Source: an uncultured bacterium (GTDB lineage: Bacteria; Verrucomicrobiota; Verrucomicrobiia; Limisphaerales; UBA8199). From it: a stretch of DNA of 64,000 bases. Shown here piece by piece: positions 9,400 to 20,071 of the stretch. Every line of letters starts with the position of its first letter. The stretch's first letter is position 1. A program made the translations under genes and the position numbers. Below the pieces are notes generated by a model. That model was not told the origin of the DNA and ran no database searches. It worked only from the letters and a program-made list of their open reading frames with translations. The stretch spans positions 96,001 to 160,000 of the forward strand of contig CAVVMW010000001.1 in the NCBI GenBank assembly GCA_963749495.1, written 5' to 3'.

Positions 9400-12300
9400 G
9401 GGCGGCGCAGGCCCCCCCCGCGCCAGGCCAACATCAGGGGGTGCAGGCCTCGCGGGGGGCCAGCGCCTGGGAGATCACCAAGCCGGTACTGGGCGAAGAG
9501 GCTCAAGGCCCCGCGGGCGGCCTCACGGTCCTTTTCCTTTTCTACCTCAGGCAATTGCGCCCATCCCAGGAGCGTCGGATTGATCTTCTTCTCATTGTCT
9601 CGTTTCTCTCCCCACTTCCACCCCTTGAGAAAGCGCTCGACCAGATAGCGGGCGTGCTCGAGCTCCGCGAGTTTCTCTATCTCCGCCGGCTTCAAGCCGG
9701 CAATCCGAGACTCAGATGTGCCCCGTTCGTGGACGGCATAGCCGATCTGCCGCAGGTGGTCAGCCCAGTGCCTGGCCTGCTGAAAATTCGAGTCCTTCAG
9801 GTCCGGATCAAGGTCCTCCCAGTCCTTCAGGGACGCATTCTCACGCCTTGCTTGTGCCGCGCACAGCTTCCGATAGTCATCGTGGATTTGCTTGGCCATG
9901 GCTTCGGGAACGTCGAAACCGGCGGGCGCTTTGATGCTCCCGGCGCGCACATAGGCCCGGATGACCGGCACCTCCGCCGGCAGGACTATCAACCGTTCGG
10001 CCACGCCCCAGTTGTCATTTTGCAGCAGCTTGGCCGCCTCGCGGCCGCTCTTTTCCAGCACGGCTACTGAAGCGTCAAAGGCCAGCGCCAGCCGGTACTC
10101 CAGGGCGGCGATGGTTCCTCCATTGATGCCGAGGATTTTGACATCGTGGGGATGCGCGCCGGATGCAATGATGTCCGACCAGTATTGAAGGGGCGCCAAT
10201 GCGGTGAAATCGTCGCCCGGAGTCTCAATGAGGCGGAGGTCTCGCTCGTCCTTTTTGACCCCGTCCTCCACTTTGCCGGCCCTGAGGCTGGGCAAATAAC
10301 CGATGGTCATTAAAGAGCTCTTGAAGCGCTCTTGAATCGTGCTGGCGATGTCCCCGATGCCTGCCCTGGTGCCCCCGCAACAAATGATGCCGGAGAAACC
10401 CTCGAAGGCCTCAACCAGGGTCTCTGCGTAGGATTGCGTCAGCGGCTCGACGCTGGGGTCGCAGGCTCCAGCCAGCACTACCAGGGGATCCTTGCCCAGA
10501 CCGAACGGGAGGGGTTTGCCCCCGGAATCGGGGGTCCTCCGATTCATGTCTTGCAGTTCCGTCAAGGCAGCCGTCGCCTTGCCTTGAGCCGCCGCGATCT
10601 CCTTTTCGGCTTCTTCCAAGGCGCCCTCCGCCAGGGCCACCACCGCCTTTGCCTCTCCCACGGCCTCCTGCGCCGCGGCCTTTCTCAGCCGGGCATCCTG
10701 AAGGATTTGGCTGACATTGAGGACCTCATCGATGAGCTCAGACGGTTCTTCCGCCGGACTGCCCTCATCCTGGCCGGGCCCCGGTTGTTTGGCCCCGGCA
10801 GAGCCCCGCACCGCAGCCTGCAGTTCGGCGGTGCGCCTCTTCAATTCCGCTTCCCGCTGTTCAAGCTCAGAGAGGCGCGCCGCGAGTTCGCGCTTTCTTT
10901 GTGCCGCCTTTCCCGGGGCCTGGCGCGCCAGTTGCTGCAGTTTGGCCACGCGAGCCAGCTCCAGGAAACGAACCACCCACAGGCAGGACCTCGTCCAGGC
11001 AGGCGGCCTGGCGGCGTTGATCGCCTTTTGGAGCCGCCGCAGCGCGTGAAGCTCCGCTTCGATCAGAGATTCGGTGGGACTGAGGAAGACGGCCCTCGCG
11101 TATGCTCCCAGACTGTCGTACGCCCAATCCAAGAGCAAGGCGAAGAAGCCCATATCGTACAGGGATTCCAGCGCGCGCACGTGGGCCTCCGAGCGCCTGT
11201 GTGCCATTTCCCATGCCGCCCTCAAGGCGGGCGCCGCCAGCGCGCAAAGGTCTTCGCAGCTTCCGGAACATATCAGACATTCCGCGTACCGCCTGAAGGC
11301 GTGCGGATCCTTGATCGGGGCGCGTGCGGCGGCGTTCTTGCCCGGAGCGATTTCACCAAAGGCCCTGGCAAAAAGCGAGAGGGCCTTCTGGCAATCGGAT
11401 TGAGGCTTGCCCGCCTGGTCCCGTTCGCAGCATTCCGAGCCTTCGCAATAGGTCTCCGCCAGCAGACAAAGGCTGACCGGATCTTCGGGGGCGATTTCCA
11501 CGGCCTGCCCCAGGGGCAGGCGCCCGCTATGGTCTTTCTTGCATTTTGCCAGCCCGAGCAGCCGCAGTACACGGCAGTCATGGGTGCCGCCGAAGGGGCC
11601 CAATACCACGATGATTTCGTCCCACCGCTCGATGGCCTTGGCGAATTCGGCAATGGTCAATGCCACACTCAGGTTCTTGGCCTCGCTCCTGGCAACGACT
11701 TTCCACTTGGCCATTTCGACCTCGATCTCTTCAGGAGTCAGGTACCTTCCATAGTCCAACTGGTATTCCTGCAACTCGACGATGGACCGGCTGAACTGTT
11801 CGTCGCCCTCTTCCAACAAGGCCGCCACCCGGGTCAACTGGCGTTCCAGCTCCCGCGGCGGCCGAAAGTTCGGCTTATATAACCGCTCGTGGCTGATAGC
11901 GGACCATGCGTGCTGCAGCAGGGTGCGCACCTGAATCTCCGCCTTGCGGTTGCCGATCGCGCACACAATCTCGATCGGGGCCCTGTAGCGATCGCTTGTG
12001 CGGCGGTCCTCAAGGCACTCGTCCAGTGTCTGCCGGAGCATTTCAGCGCCTCCCAGGTCCATCAGCGGAGGCGGCTGTGCCAGGGCTCCAAACAGGCCGC
12101 CCGGGCATTTTGAGGCCCCTTCCCGCAGGATTGCGCCCAGGAGCTTATTGCCGCTGGGATCCCCCACTCGCTTGAGAAATGGGCCGAGATCCCTGTGGGA
12201 GTCACCGTTCACCCGATCCAGTATTTCTTTGAACACGCCGTGCCCCGGCAGGCCAACCCAGGGCATCTGCACCACGTAATGAATCGCTCGATAGCCGAAC

Positions 12301-12671
12301 TGGTCCGGCTTGAGCCGCTTGCGGATGTCTTCGCTGTTCTCTTCGTCGATGATAAAATTGCGTTTCACAAACAGCGCAACCCTGTCCGCATCATCCTGGG
12401 TCAGCAGGACGCTGCGCGCCCCACAGAGATCCGTGAACTGGTGAATCGGGTCGGGATACTTATCGAACTTGCGAATGGCCTTTTCCGCAAAGCTGGCCAG
12501 GTCTTTGGCCCGGGCAAAGGCGTGTCCCTCACTGGCGTAGCGTTGACAGACCTGCGAGAGCATCAGTTCCAACACCCGGGCATAGATCTGATAGATCGGC
12601 CGTTCCGCGCTGTAATCATCGACCTGTTGCTGGTGCCAGGCCCTTGTCCATTTCTTCGTGATCATAATCAT
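9384..12671 (-). CDS. RelA/SpoT-type alarmone synthetase - TPR - coiled coil - SLOG - tandem RyR fusion protein
   Basis: Synthetase motifs RAKDLASFAEK, TDLCGAR, GYRAIHY and EIQVRTLLQHAWSAISH; SLOG-like VVLAGA, CGGTRAGI and GINGGTIAALEYRLALAFDASVAVLEKSGREA; RyR-like MAKQIHDDY...WEDLDPDLKDSN and LAELEHARYLVERFLKGWKWGEKRDNEKKINPTLLGWAQLPEVEKEKDR. A possible extra base near 9485 would move the true stop to 9434. Confidence 0.85.
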   Translation of the reverse strand: MIMITKKWTRAWHQQQVDDYSAERPIYQIYARVLELMLSQVCQRYASEGHAFARAKDLASFAEKAIRKFDKYPDPIHQFTDLCGARSVLLTQDDADRVALFVKRNFIIDEENSEDIRKRLKPDQFGYRAIHYVVQMPWVGLPGHGVFKEILDRVNGDSHRDLGPFLKRVGDPSGNKLLGAILREGASKCPGGLFGALAQPPPLMDLGGAEMLRQTLDECLEDRRTSDRYRAPIEIVCAIGNRKAEIQVRTLLQHAWSAISHERLYKPNFRPPRELERQLTRVAALLEEGDEQFSRSIVELQEYQLDYGRYLTPEEIEVEMAKWKVVARSEAKNLSVALTIAEFAKAIERWDEIIVVLGPFGGTHDCRVLRLLGLAKCKKDHSGRLPLGQAVEIAPEDPVSLCLLAETYCEGSECCERDQAGKPQSDCQKALSLFARAFGEIAPGKNAAARAPIKDPHAFRRYAECLICSGSCEDLCALAAPALRAAWEMAHRRSEAHVRALESLYDMGFFALLLDWAYDSLGAYARAVFLSPTESLIEAELHALRRLQKAINAARPPAWTRSCLWVVRFLELARVAKLQQLARQAPGKAAQRKRELAARLSELEQREAELKRRTAELQAAVRGSAGAKQPGPGQDEGSPAEEPSELIDEVLNVSQILQDARLRKAAAQEAVGEAKAVVALAEGALEEAEKEIAAAQGKATAALTELQDMNRRTPDSGGKPLPFGLGKDPLVVLAGACDPSVEPLTQSYAETLVEAFEGFSGIICCGGTRAGIGDIASTIQERFKSSLMTIGYLPSLRAGKVEDGVKKDERDLRLIETPGDDFTALAPLQYWSDIIASGAHPHDVKILGINGGTIAALEYRLALAFDASVAVLEKSGREAAKLLQNDNWGVAERLIVLPAEVPVIRAYVRAGSIKAPAGFDVPEAMAKQIHDDYRKLCAAQARRENASLKDWEDLDPDLKDSNFQQARHWADHLRQIGYAVHERGTSESRIAGLKPAEIEKLAELEHARYLVERFLKGWKWGEKRDNEKKINPTLLGWAQLPEVEKEKDREAARGALSLFAQYRLGDLPGAGPPRGLHPLMLAWRGGGLRRPERGL

Positions 12672-12683
12672 ATCCTGGTTGGC

Positions 12684-14488
12684 TCAACCGCCTCCTCGGC
12701 AGGCCTTTAGCCCAACGCTCTCCAGCAAGCTCGGAATCAACCGTGCGAACTGGCGGTCGTACTCTTGAATCCCGGGGTCGAGTTGCTCCCATGGAACCAT
12801 GTTCGGGTTAGTGCGGCGAACTGTGTCCTTCTTGCCGGGGGCGCAGCGCCAGTTGCCCACCAGCCGCTCGGCGATCCAACGCTGATGTTCCCAGCGCGCG
12901 AGCATTTCGACCTGCGCGGCCGGGATCTCCGTCATTGCCGGGCGGGATTCCCCAGGGGAGCGGCCTCCCAGCCGATGGCCCGCAGTTTGAAATAGATGTG
13001 CAGGGCTTGCTGGCGGCTGGACTCGCGAAAATCCTCCGGCTGCCGGAGCCAGCGCTCCATCTGCTGCCGCGCCCGCTCGGCTTCGATCAGGCCCGGCGGT
13101 TCCGCCAATGATGCGCCCGTGAGCCGTTCGTACTCAGCATGAATGCGTCGCGCGAAGGCGTCGCTGGTCACCCCTCCTTCGGTCAACAACTCACACCACT
13201 GCGCCTCCAGCCCGACGGCCCGGACCTGGGCCACTCCTGCCCCGGTCTCCGGGGTCTGCTTCAACAGGTTGGCCAGACCACTCTCCCCGGCCAGCCGCAC
13301 GGCCAGCCGGGCGGAGCAACCGAGCAGCATCGGCGCCAGTTGCAGGCTCAGCTCCAGAGCCAGCGGCTCGTTGTCGAAACACACCACAACGCTGGTGGCG
13401 GTTTGCGGCTCCCCACACCAGGCCTCGATGAGCTCGCGCGTCTTAGGCGAAGCCCCCTCTTGCCGGTGGAACTGAAAGTCCGCTGCCTGCCCGATCTGCG
13501 GATGGCGGAAGAGCAACGCCTCACGATGCTCGTCAGCCCGGCGGTCAATCACCGAGATGCGCAACCGCTTGCCGTTGGCGAAGCAGCCCAACTGCGCCGC
13601 CCGGACTGCCAGCGTTCGCCCGAAGCGCCCAAAGCCCAGAATCACCAGATGCGCCGTGCGTGGATCCTCCGGCCGGATCCCGTCGTGGTCCAGAGGCAGG
13701 CCCTGGACGAGCAACCGGCGCACCTCCGGGTCAAACTGGTCGCAAAAGCGCAAGTCCATGCGCCCTGCATCGAGATGGCCGCCCACCGACTGCTGCAACA
13801 CCTCCCGCAAGTCCGCGTCGCTCAGGTGGATGTGACATTCCAAGGGAGCCAGGCCTCCCATCCGCCGTGAACACAGGTGGCTGGCCCGGGCCGCGATTTC
13901 ACAGTTCACAGCGTCCTCCGGGCACACGGCAAAGAGTTGCGCTGCGCGCTCCACCCCCGCCTCCGCCAGTGTCTCAGTGCGGGTGGCGTCCCCGGTCAGC
14001 ACGAGTGCGCCCAGCCTGGCGCTGGCAGCGGCGAGGTCGGGCAACGGGTTCTTCTCGATCACCACGACCGGATGACGAGCCCGGCGCAGATGACGCACCA
14101 GCGCCATGCCCTGGCGCCCCAGGCCACAGACAATAGCGTGGCGCCTGGCCTTGCGGAGCGCCCGCCACTGGGCTTCCTCCCGCAGCAAACGCAGGCCCAA
14201 GCCAAAGAGGCCCAGCAATGTGGTCATCGGGGCCAGCCAACGCGCCACCTCCAGCGACAGCGGCACCTCATGCTCGAAATGCGGAGCGTGGAAGAAGAAC
14301 AGTTGGGCGGTGTGGTAAAGGGCGTTGCCCCAGATCGCTTCGCCGTGCGGCGGTTTCAGGTAATCGTGGTAGCCCACCGTGCCGGCAAGGACCGACACGG
14401 CAAAGGCCAGCAACAAACCCCACCGCCAATGCCGGTGCTGAACCAGGTCCAACACGCCAACGCCAACCGAATATTCCGACCCGTGCAT
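12684..14488 (-). CDS. Potassium-channel-like TM region - RCK (TrkA-N) x2 - tandem RyR protein, split by a frameshift near 12950
   Basis: Two TM helices around a pore-helix-like NALYHTAQLF; HAIVCGLGRQG...VLTGDAT and HLVILGFGRFG; RyR halves FARRIHAEY...EDFRESSRQQA (ORF 12932-14707) and MLARWEHQRWIAERLVGNW...NPNMVPWEQL (ORF 12684-12935). Confidence 0.8.
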
Positions 14489-14619
14489 ACGCGTCCGTCG
14501 CAGGATTCTCACCGCCGGCGCGGGCCGAGCCCCGCACTTCGTCCGGTGGAGGCCCCAATCCTGGCACTGGGCCGGGCCCGTGTCGAGGCGGAAATTCAGG
14601 CAGAACCCGCGCCGCCTGC

Positions 14620-14817
14620 GCCATTGACAAAGTCGCTCGGCGGGCCTGTGCGCCAGGGGCGCCAGCGTAGCGCAGGTTTCCAAACCTGCTGTATCGCGGG
14701 TTTCCAAACCCGCAGGCCGGCCACAAACCGGGGGCGCTCGACATGCCGACGCCCTGCCGATTGGAAATCGGCGATACAGCAGGTTTGGAAACCTGCGCTA
14801 CAACTTTGTCAACGGCC
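14620..14817. repeat. MITE-like element with GCC(A/G)TTGACAAAG termini and REP core
   Basis: GCCATTGACAAAGT ... ACTTTGTCAACGGC; core GTAGCGCAGGTTTCCAAACCTGC...GCAGGTTTGGAAACCTGCGCTAC; a shorter, inverted copy lies at 30338-30429. Confidence 0.75.
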
Positions 14818-14879
14818 CAAGCGGCGCCGCCTGCGGCTTTGGGCTTGCATGTCGGGGCGCTTGGATCTTATATCGGATT

Positions 14880-17800
14880 GTGCCTAAGGGAAAAATCTTC
14901 ATCTCTTATAGGCGGGACACCGGGGCGGCAGCCGCGCGGTTGGTGCGCGAGGCCTTGTGCCGGCGCCATTTTCCGGTGTTCATGGATGTCGAAGACCTCC
15001 GGGCCGGCCAGTATCGGGACATCCTCAGCTCGCAAGTCAGGGACTGCTCGGATTTCATCCTGGTGCTCACGCCGGGGAGCCTGGAGCGGTGTTTGCAGGA
15101 AGGGGATTGGGTGGCTCGCGAAGTGGCTGAGGCCCTGAAGCTCAAGAAGAATATCGTCCCCGTCAGCTTCGAGCACGTCAACTGGCCGGTGGACCTGCCC
15201 CCGGAGATGGCCGAACTGCGGGACTTCCAGGTCTGCAAACTCTCCAACGAGTACTTCGCTCCCAGTGTCGCACGCCTTATTGAATACCTGAAGACCAAGC
15301 CCCGCTCGGTCGCTAAACCGGCCCTGGCCGCTCTGAGCGCCATCGCGCTGCTAGGGATGGCAGTCGGACTGGCTCTCTGGACGAGGTGGCCATTGCGGCA
15401 CCCGCGAGGGACACGTCCACCGCCGCCTGCCAGCCTGGCTGTGCCCTTCAGCCAGTTGTTCGTTCTGCACGGGCCTAAGGGAACGAATGACGTAGTGGAG
15501 TTGGCCGACGCGGAGCTCGAACTGCAAACGAGTCAGGGGCGCAACGCCTTGCCGATTGGGCCGGGGGGCCGCGTGAACTTCGAATTCGCGCGGGCGGACG
15601 TGAGCAACCAACCTGCTACGCTAGCGCTCAAGGCCAAGGGTTGGGATTTGAAATGGGTGCGCGAACCGCTCACGCTGAGCGGCGACAGGCCGCTGTGGCT
15701 GGAGGTGGAGCACAAACGGTTCGCTCTGCACGGCACGGTCAAAGACAAGGACAACAACCAACCGTTGCCCGGGTTGCGAGTAGCCCTGGAGGGCCTCGGC
15801 ACCAACACTGATTCGGGGGGGGCGTTTCACTTGGACGTTCCGGGCTCCATGTGGCGGCCCACCCTCGAGTTGGGGATGACCAACCCCGGCTGGATTGACC
15901 AGACCTTCCCAGTCCAGGACATCGAGAAACCGCTCCCGATTCTCTGCGAACACTCGCCGTTCACGCTGGTGGTCCATCTGCGCGGCCCCGGCGGCGCCAA
16001 GGGGATCAGCACGCTCGCAAACCAATCCTTGAAGCTCCAGGCCGAGGGTGTTGTGCGATCCGTCGCGGCCACGATTGACACACAAGGAGAGGCGCGGTTC
16101 GGTCCGCTGGCCGCCATGCTCCGAGGCAAGCCGGCGACCTTCACGCTCGAGGCCCCAGGATGGCGGGTGAAGCCGGGACCAAGCCTGGCTCTGGGTGAGG
16201 TGACCGTGCCGCTCGATGTCGAACGAACAGGGATTGTCGTCTCAGGCCGTGTTCTCGAAGCTGAGCACGATTCGCCTCTCAAAGGCGCCTGGGTTTCGGT
16301 TGCGGGCCTTGCCACCAACACGGATGCCGGCGGGGCCTTCGCCATGCTCATCCCCAATGCGCGCCTCGGCCCCGAGGCCCAGGTCACAGTGAGCTGCGCC
16401 GATTACCAGACGGTCATTCAACCGCTCAAGCCATCCGCCGAGGCGCTAAACCTTCGGTTGCGCAAGCCGGAGTCCCTTACACTGGTGGTGTCGCTCAGTG
16501 GACCCGAAGGCCAGGGGCCGGTTGCCGCGCTGGCCAATGCGATGCTCAAGTTGCAGGCCGGCCCCTCGGCTTCCGAGGCCTGGACAGCCACGGTGAGTGA
16601 GCAGGGGCAGGCGCGGTTCCAGGGCCTGCCGCGGGCACTTTTAGCGCAGGAGGCGGTGCTGAGCCTGGCCGCCCAGTGCTGGCAGTTGAAGGGCGGGCAG
16701 GCACGCATCCGGCTTTTGGAGACCCCGGTGACGGTCGAGGTCGAACGAACAGGGGCAGTCTTCACGGGACTGGTCAAGAGCGAGGGAGACAATGCGCCGT
16801 TGCCCGAAGTCCAGGTCATCATTGGGGGCGTTGCCACTAACACGGATCAACACGGGAGCTTCGCGCTGCTCCTCTCGAAGGCGTGCCTCCAAGCGCCGAT
16901 ACTTCTCAAGGCCGGCAAGGCAGGGTGGGAGGACCTGAGCCGGGAAGTGACTTTGGATGCCGGGCCGCTCGTCCTCCCTCTGAAGCGCCGACCGGCGACT
17001 CCACCGCCCGCGCCCTCCCCGGAAGAGCGGAATCTGCAGGCCGAGGTTGACAAAGCCCCGCAGAGCTTCCATGCACACTATAAATACGGGAAGTTCCTGT
17101 ACGATTCCGGGCGCCTGCCACAGGCAGAAGAACAGCTCACCAACGCCGTGGCATTGGCCCGAGAAGGGCAGAACGCGCAGCCCGGAGAGCTTGCCGACTC
17201 CCTCAACACGCTGGGCCTGGTGTACGGCCAGCGCAATCAACCCACCCCGGCCTGCCAGGCCTTTGATGGGGCCATTGAGCAGGTACCCGGAACCTGGCGA
17301 AAAGGGAATCGGCCGAGGCCCTCCACCGCTCGAACCTGGGCTTTGTCTTGAGCAGCCGCGCCCAAGAGCGCGGGAGGTTGCGCCGAATCCCGGAGGCTTT
17401 CGAGGATTACAACGAGGCCTTGCGCATCTTCGAGGGCTTGCCGCAATCCGACACCAACCGCTTTCCGGGGATCGCCAGCACTTGCGCGGCACGGGGCAGG
17501 TTGGAGATCGACCTCTACGGCGAAAGCAGGGCGCAGACCTGCCTGAACAGCGCGCTGAATTACCTCGCCAAGGCCAAAGTGGCCTATGAAAAGGCCGGGG
17601 CCGCCAGGCGCGGCTCCCCGCAAAACGTGGACTACGGAGTGACGCTCAACAATTACGCCTACTGCCTGGCGGCGCGGCAGGAAGGCAAAGTGGCGCGTGC
17701 CTATTATGAGCAGGCCATCGAGTGTTTTCGGGCCGCCGACGAGGCCAACTGCCCGGGCGCCAGGGAGGGCCTGGCCACGGCGCTTCAGGGCCTCGTCGAA

Positions 17801-18421
17801 ACATATTACGGCAAAGCCAACGATTGGGAGTCGAGCCGGACCAAATTCAAGGCAGCACTCGAGCTCTACAAGGAGTTGGCGCAGACCAAGGACGGGACGA
17901 TTCGAACCGACTATGCCCGCGCGCTCCGCAAGTACGCCGTTTCCCTCAACAACCTGGTGGTGGCCCGCCATGACAAACAGGGCAGGGATAACAATCAGGA
18001 CAGCAAAGATGCCCAGGACAGCAAAGATGCCCGGAACGCCATTGAGCAGGCCCTGGATATCTTCAAGGCCGACGCCTCTCCGGAGCGCGACGCCGAGCTT
18101 GCCGATACTTACTTCAACCGCGGTGTCTTATTGGGAAACGCCGAGGACTTTGTCCGCGCTTACGCAAGCTATACCAACGCGGTCCCCATGGCGGAGGGCC
18201 TCAATCGAAAGGACCCGAAAACTCATGGCCCAAGATTAGTCGAAATCCATCTGGGCCTGGCCGGCGTTTGCCTGGATCTCTACCGCGCGGGCCAGGGCAA
18301 CCGGCTCCAGGAAGCCCATGAGGAGTTGGAGGCCGCTCAGCGCCTCAGAAACGAATTGCCCAACTCCTCCTCCTTGGCTAAGCTGGACGACCAAATACAG
18401 CAGCTCAAGAAACGGTTCTGA
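14880..18421 (+). CDS. SARM1-like TIR domain - TM helix - 3x beta-sandwich (carboxypeptidase-regulatory-like) repeats - TPR receptor; frameshift near 17285
   Basis: IFISYRR...VFMDVEDLRAG...FILVLTPGSLERC...DWVAREVAEAL...NIVPV; TM ALAALSAIALLGMAVGLALW; three TNTDxxGxF repeats; TPRs continue in ORF 17348-18421. Confidence 0.85.
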
Positions 18422-18446
18422 CCCCGTTCCGTTCCTTCTGATTGGG

Positions 18447-18670
18447 GTTTTCGATCCTTCGTTCTCTTCGTTTCCTTCTGTTCCTTTCTTCCGTCCCGCC
18501 GGCTGGGCAAAGGAAAAGAACAGAAGGAAACGAAGAAAACCAAGAGGCGGCCTGATGCGCCAGCAGGGGTCTGGGCCAGTCCGTCGCTGGCGTTCCTGGA
18601 GACTTTTTCTGTGCAGATTCTTGTCTTACAGCCGGGTGCTGAGCTATTGGAGCAGCATCCGGAAGAACTG
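18447..18670. repeat. About 225-bp imperfect direct repeat, copy 1 (copy 2 at 23434-23662)
   Basis: Shared GTTTTCGATCCTTCGTT...GAGGCGGCCTGATGCGC...GCAGCATCCGGAAGAACTG; includes the QFFRMLLQ* 3' end of minus-strand ORFs. Confidence 0.85.
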
Positions 18671-19276
18671 CATGGCTGGCCCCGTGGCAGGCTGAAGGAC
18701 TTGGATTTGCAGGGTCTGGATGCCGGAGGCGAAGTAGTAGGAATGGACCGGGGCCGGAGTGCCGGGTTCGCCCTGGACCTGGAAGCTCAGCGGGGTCCAT
18801 TGCTGGAGGTCAGGCGAGCCGAGCACCGTGTAGGAACGGCCGGTCATGGTCGTGAACTGCAGGAGGGCCGACCCGCCGTTGGGATCGAGCAACCGGAGGT
18901 GAAACGAATCGGCCGGGTCGAATGGGTAATTTCCCAGCAGAAACTCCTGGAGCAGCGTGCGGCCATCGCCGGTATAATCCACGTTGGGTCTGAGGTCGGC
19001 CAGTCCGAGGCTGGAGCCGATGGCGGCCAGGAACGCGCGTTCCCAGGCGTCGGGCAGGCCGTCGCCGTTGGTGTCGTCACCCAGGGTCAGGTCGAGCCGG
19101 GTTTGGCGGCCCGGCTGGCCCAGGAGGGAGAAATCGCCGGCCATTTGGATGGGAGTGTTGGTGGTCTGGCCAACGATGACGTAGAGCTTGAAAGGTGCGG
19201 CAAAAACCAGCGCGTTGGCCTCGTAAGGGTCGGCGGTGAGGCCCGCATCCATCGGCACTTCCAGGGAGTAGTTCAC
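18644..19276 (-). pseudogene. 5'-truncated secreted protein with DxNGDGLPDAWE (TSP3-like) motif and C-terminal RFYR-like domain
   Basis: Begins abruptly at VNYSLEVPMDAG with no signal peptide, directly after the comM fragment; ends TGRSYTVLGSPDLQQW...QFFRMLLQ. Confidence 0.6.
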
Positions 19277-19730
19277 GCCGGGGCCGGAGTGCCGGGTTCG
19301 CCCTGAACCTCCCCTTCCAGAAAGCCCACCGCCTCCCGCAGGTTCCGGACCGGAATGACCTGCAGCCCGGAGACCACCGCCGCCTCGGCCGCGTTTTCGG
19401 CCGGAACCAGCAGCCCGCCCGTGCCCTCCTGGCGCGCCCGCAGGGCAATCGGCAGCACCCCTTTGACCGGGCGAACCCCGCCATCCAGGGCCAATTCCCC
19501 CACCATCATGAATTTGCCCAACTGGCCGGACTCCATCTGCTCGCTGGCGGCAACCATGCCGACGGCAATCGGCAGGTCGAAACTCGGCCCCTCCTTCTTC
19601 ACGTCGGCCGGGGCCAGGTTGATCGTGGTGCGGCCGAAGGTGAATGAAAACCCGGAATTGATGAGCGCGGTCATCACGCGGTCCCGCGACTCCTTCACCG
19701 CCGCGTCCGGCAAGCCAACGATGACAATAT
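19273..19730 (-). pseudogene. comM: YifB/ComM Mg-chelatase-like protein, internal fragment lacking the first residues and the AAA+ domain
   Basis: IVIVGLPDAAVKESRDRV...TINLAPADVKKEGPSFDLPIA...GELALDGGVRPVKGVLP. Confidence 0.88.
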
Positions 19731-20071
19731 TATCTTGTATTCTCCGTATGCGCGAGAATCCGACGCAAGTGGCTCGGTTGCAATGCCTTATTGTTGGCGG
19801 TGCTGTCGTACTGGCTTTGTCTGGCGCAAGAAAGCCCCCGGTTTGTTCGGGTGGAAGGGCTCCCCAGCGGCCAGTTCTTCAATTCACTGGGACGTCCGCT
19901 CCCTGCCGAGGTTGGGCAAAATAACGCCAACTCGTCGGATCTCACCTCGAAACCGCCTTGGGCGGCGCTTTATCCGAACGAATTCCACTGCGGGGCGTCC
20001 ACGCTCCTGAGCCAGCCCACGCCTCCCCAGAAGGAGTTGACCGCACCCGGTCATTTAACCATAATCCCTCC

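Noticed and set aside
17995..18035. 18-bp tandem duplication (QDSKDA x2) in the TPR region
   Set aside because: A small in-frame slippage event with no sign of function.
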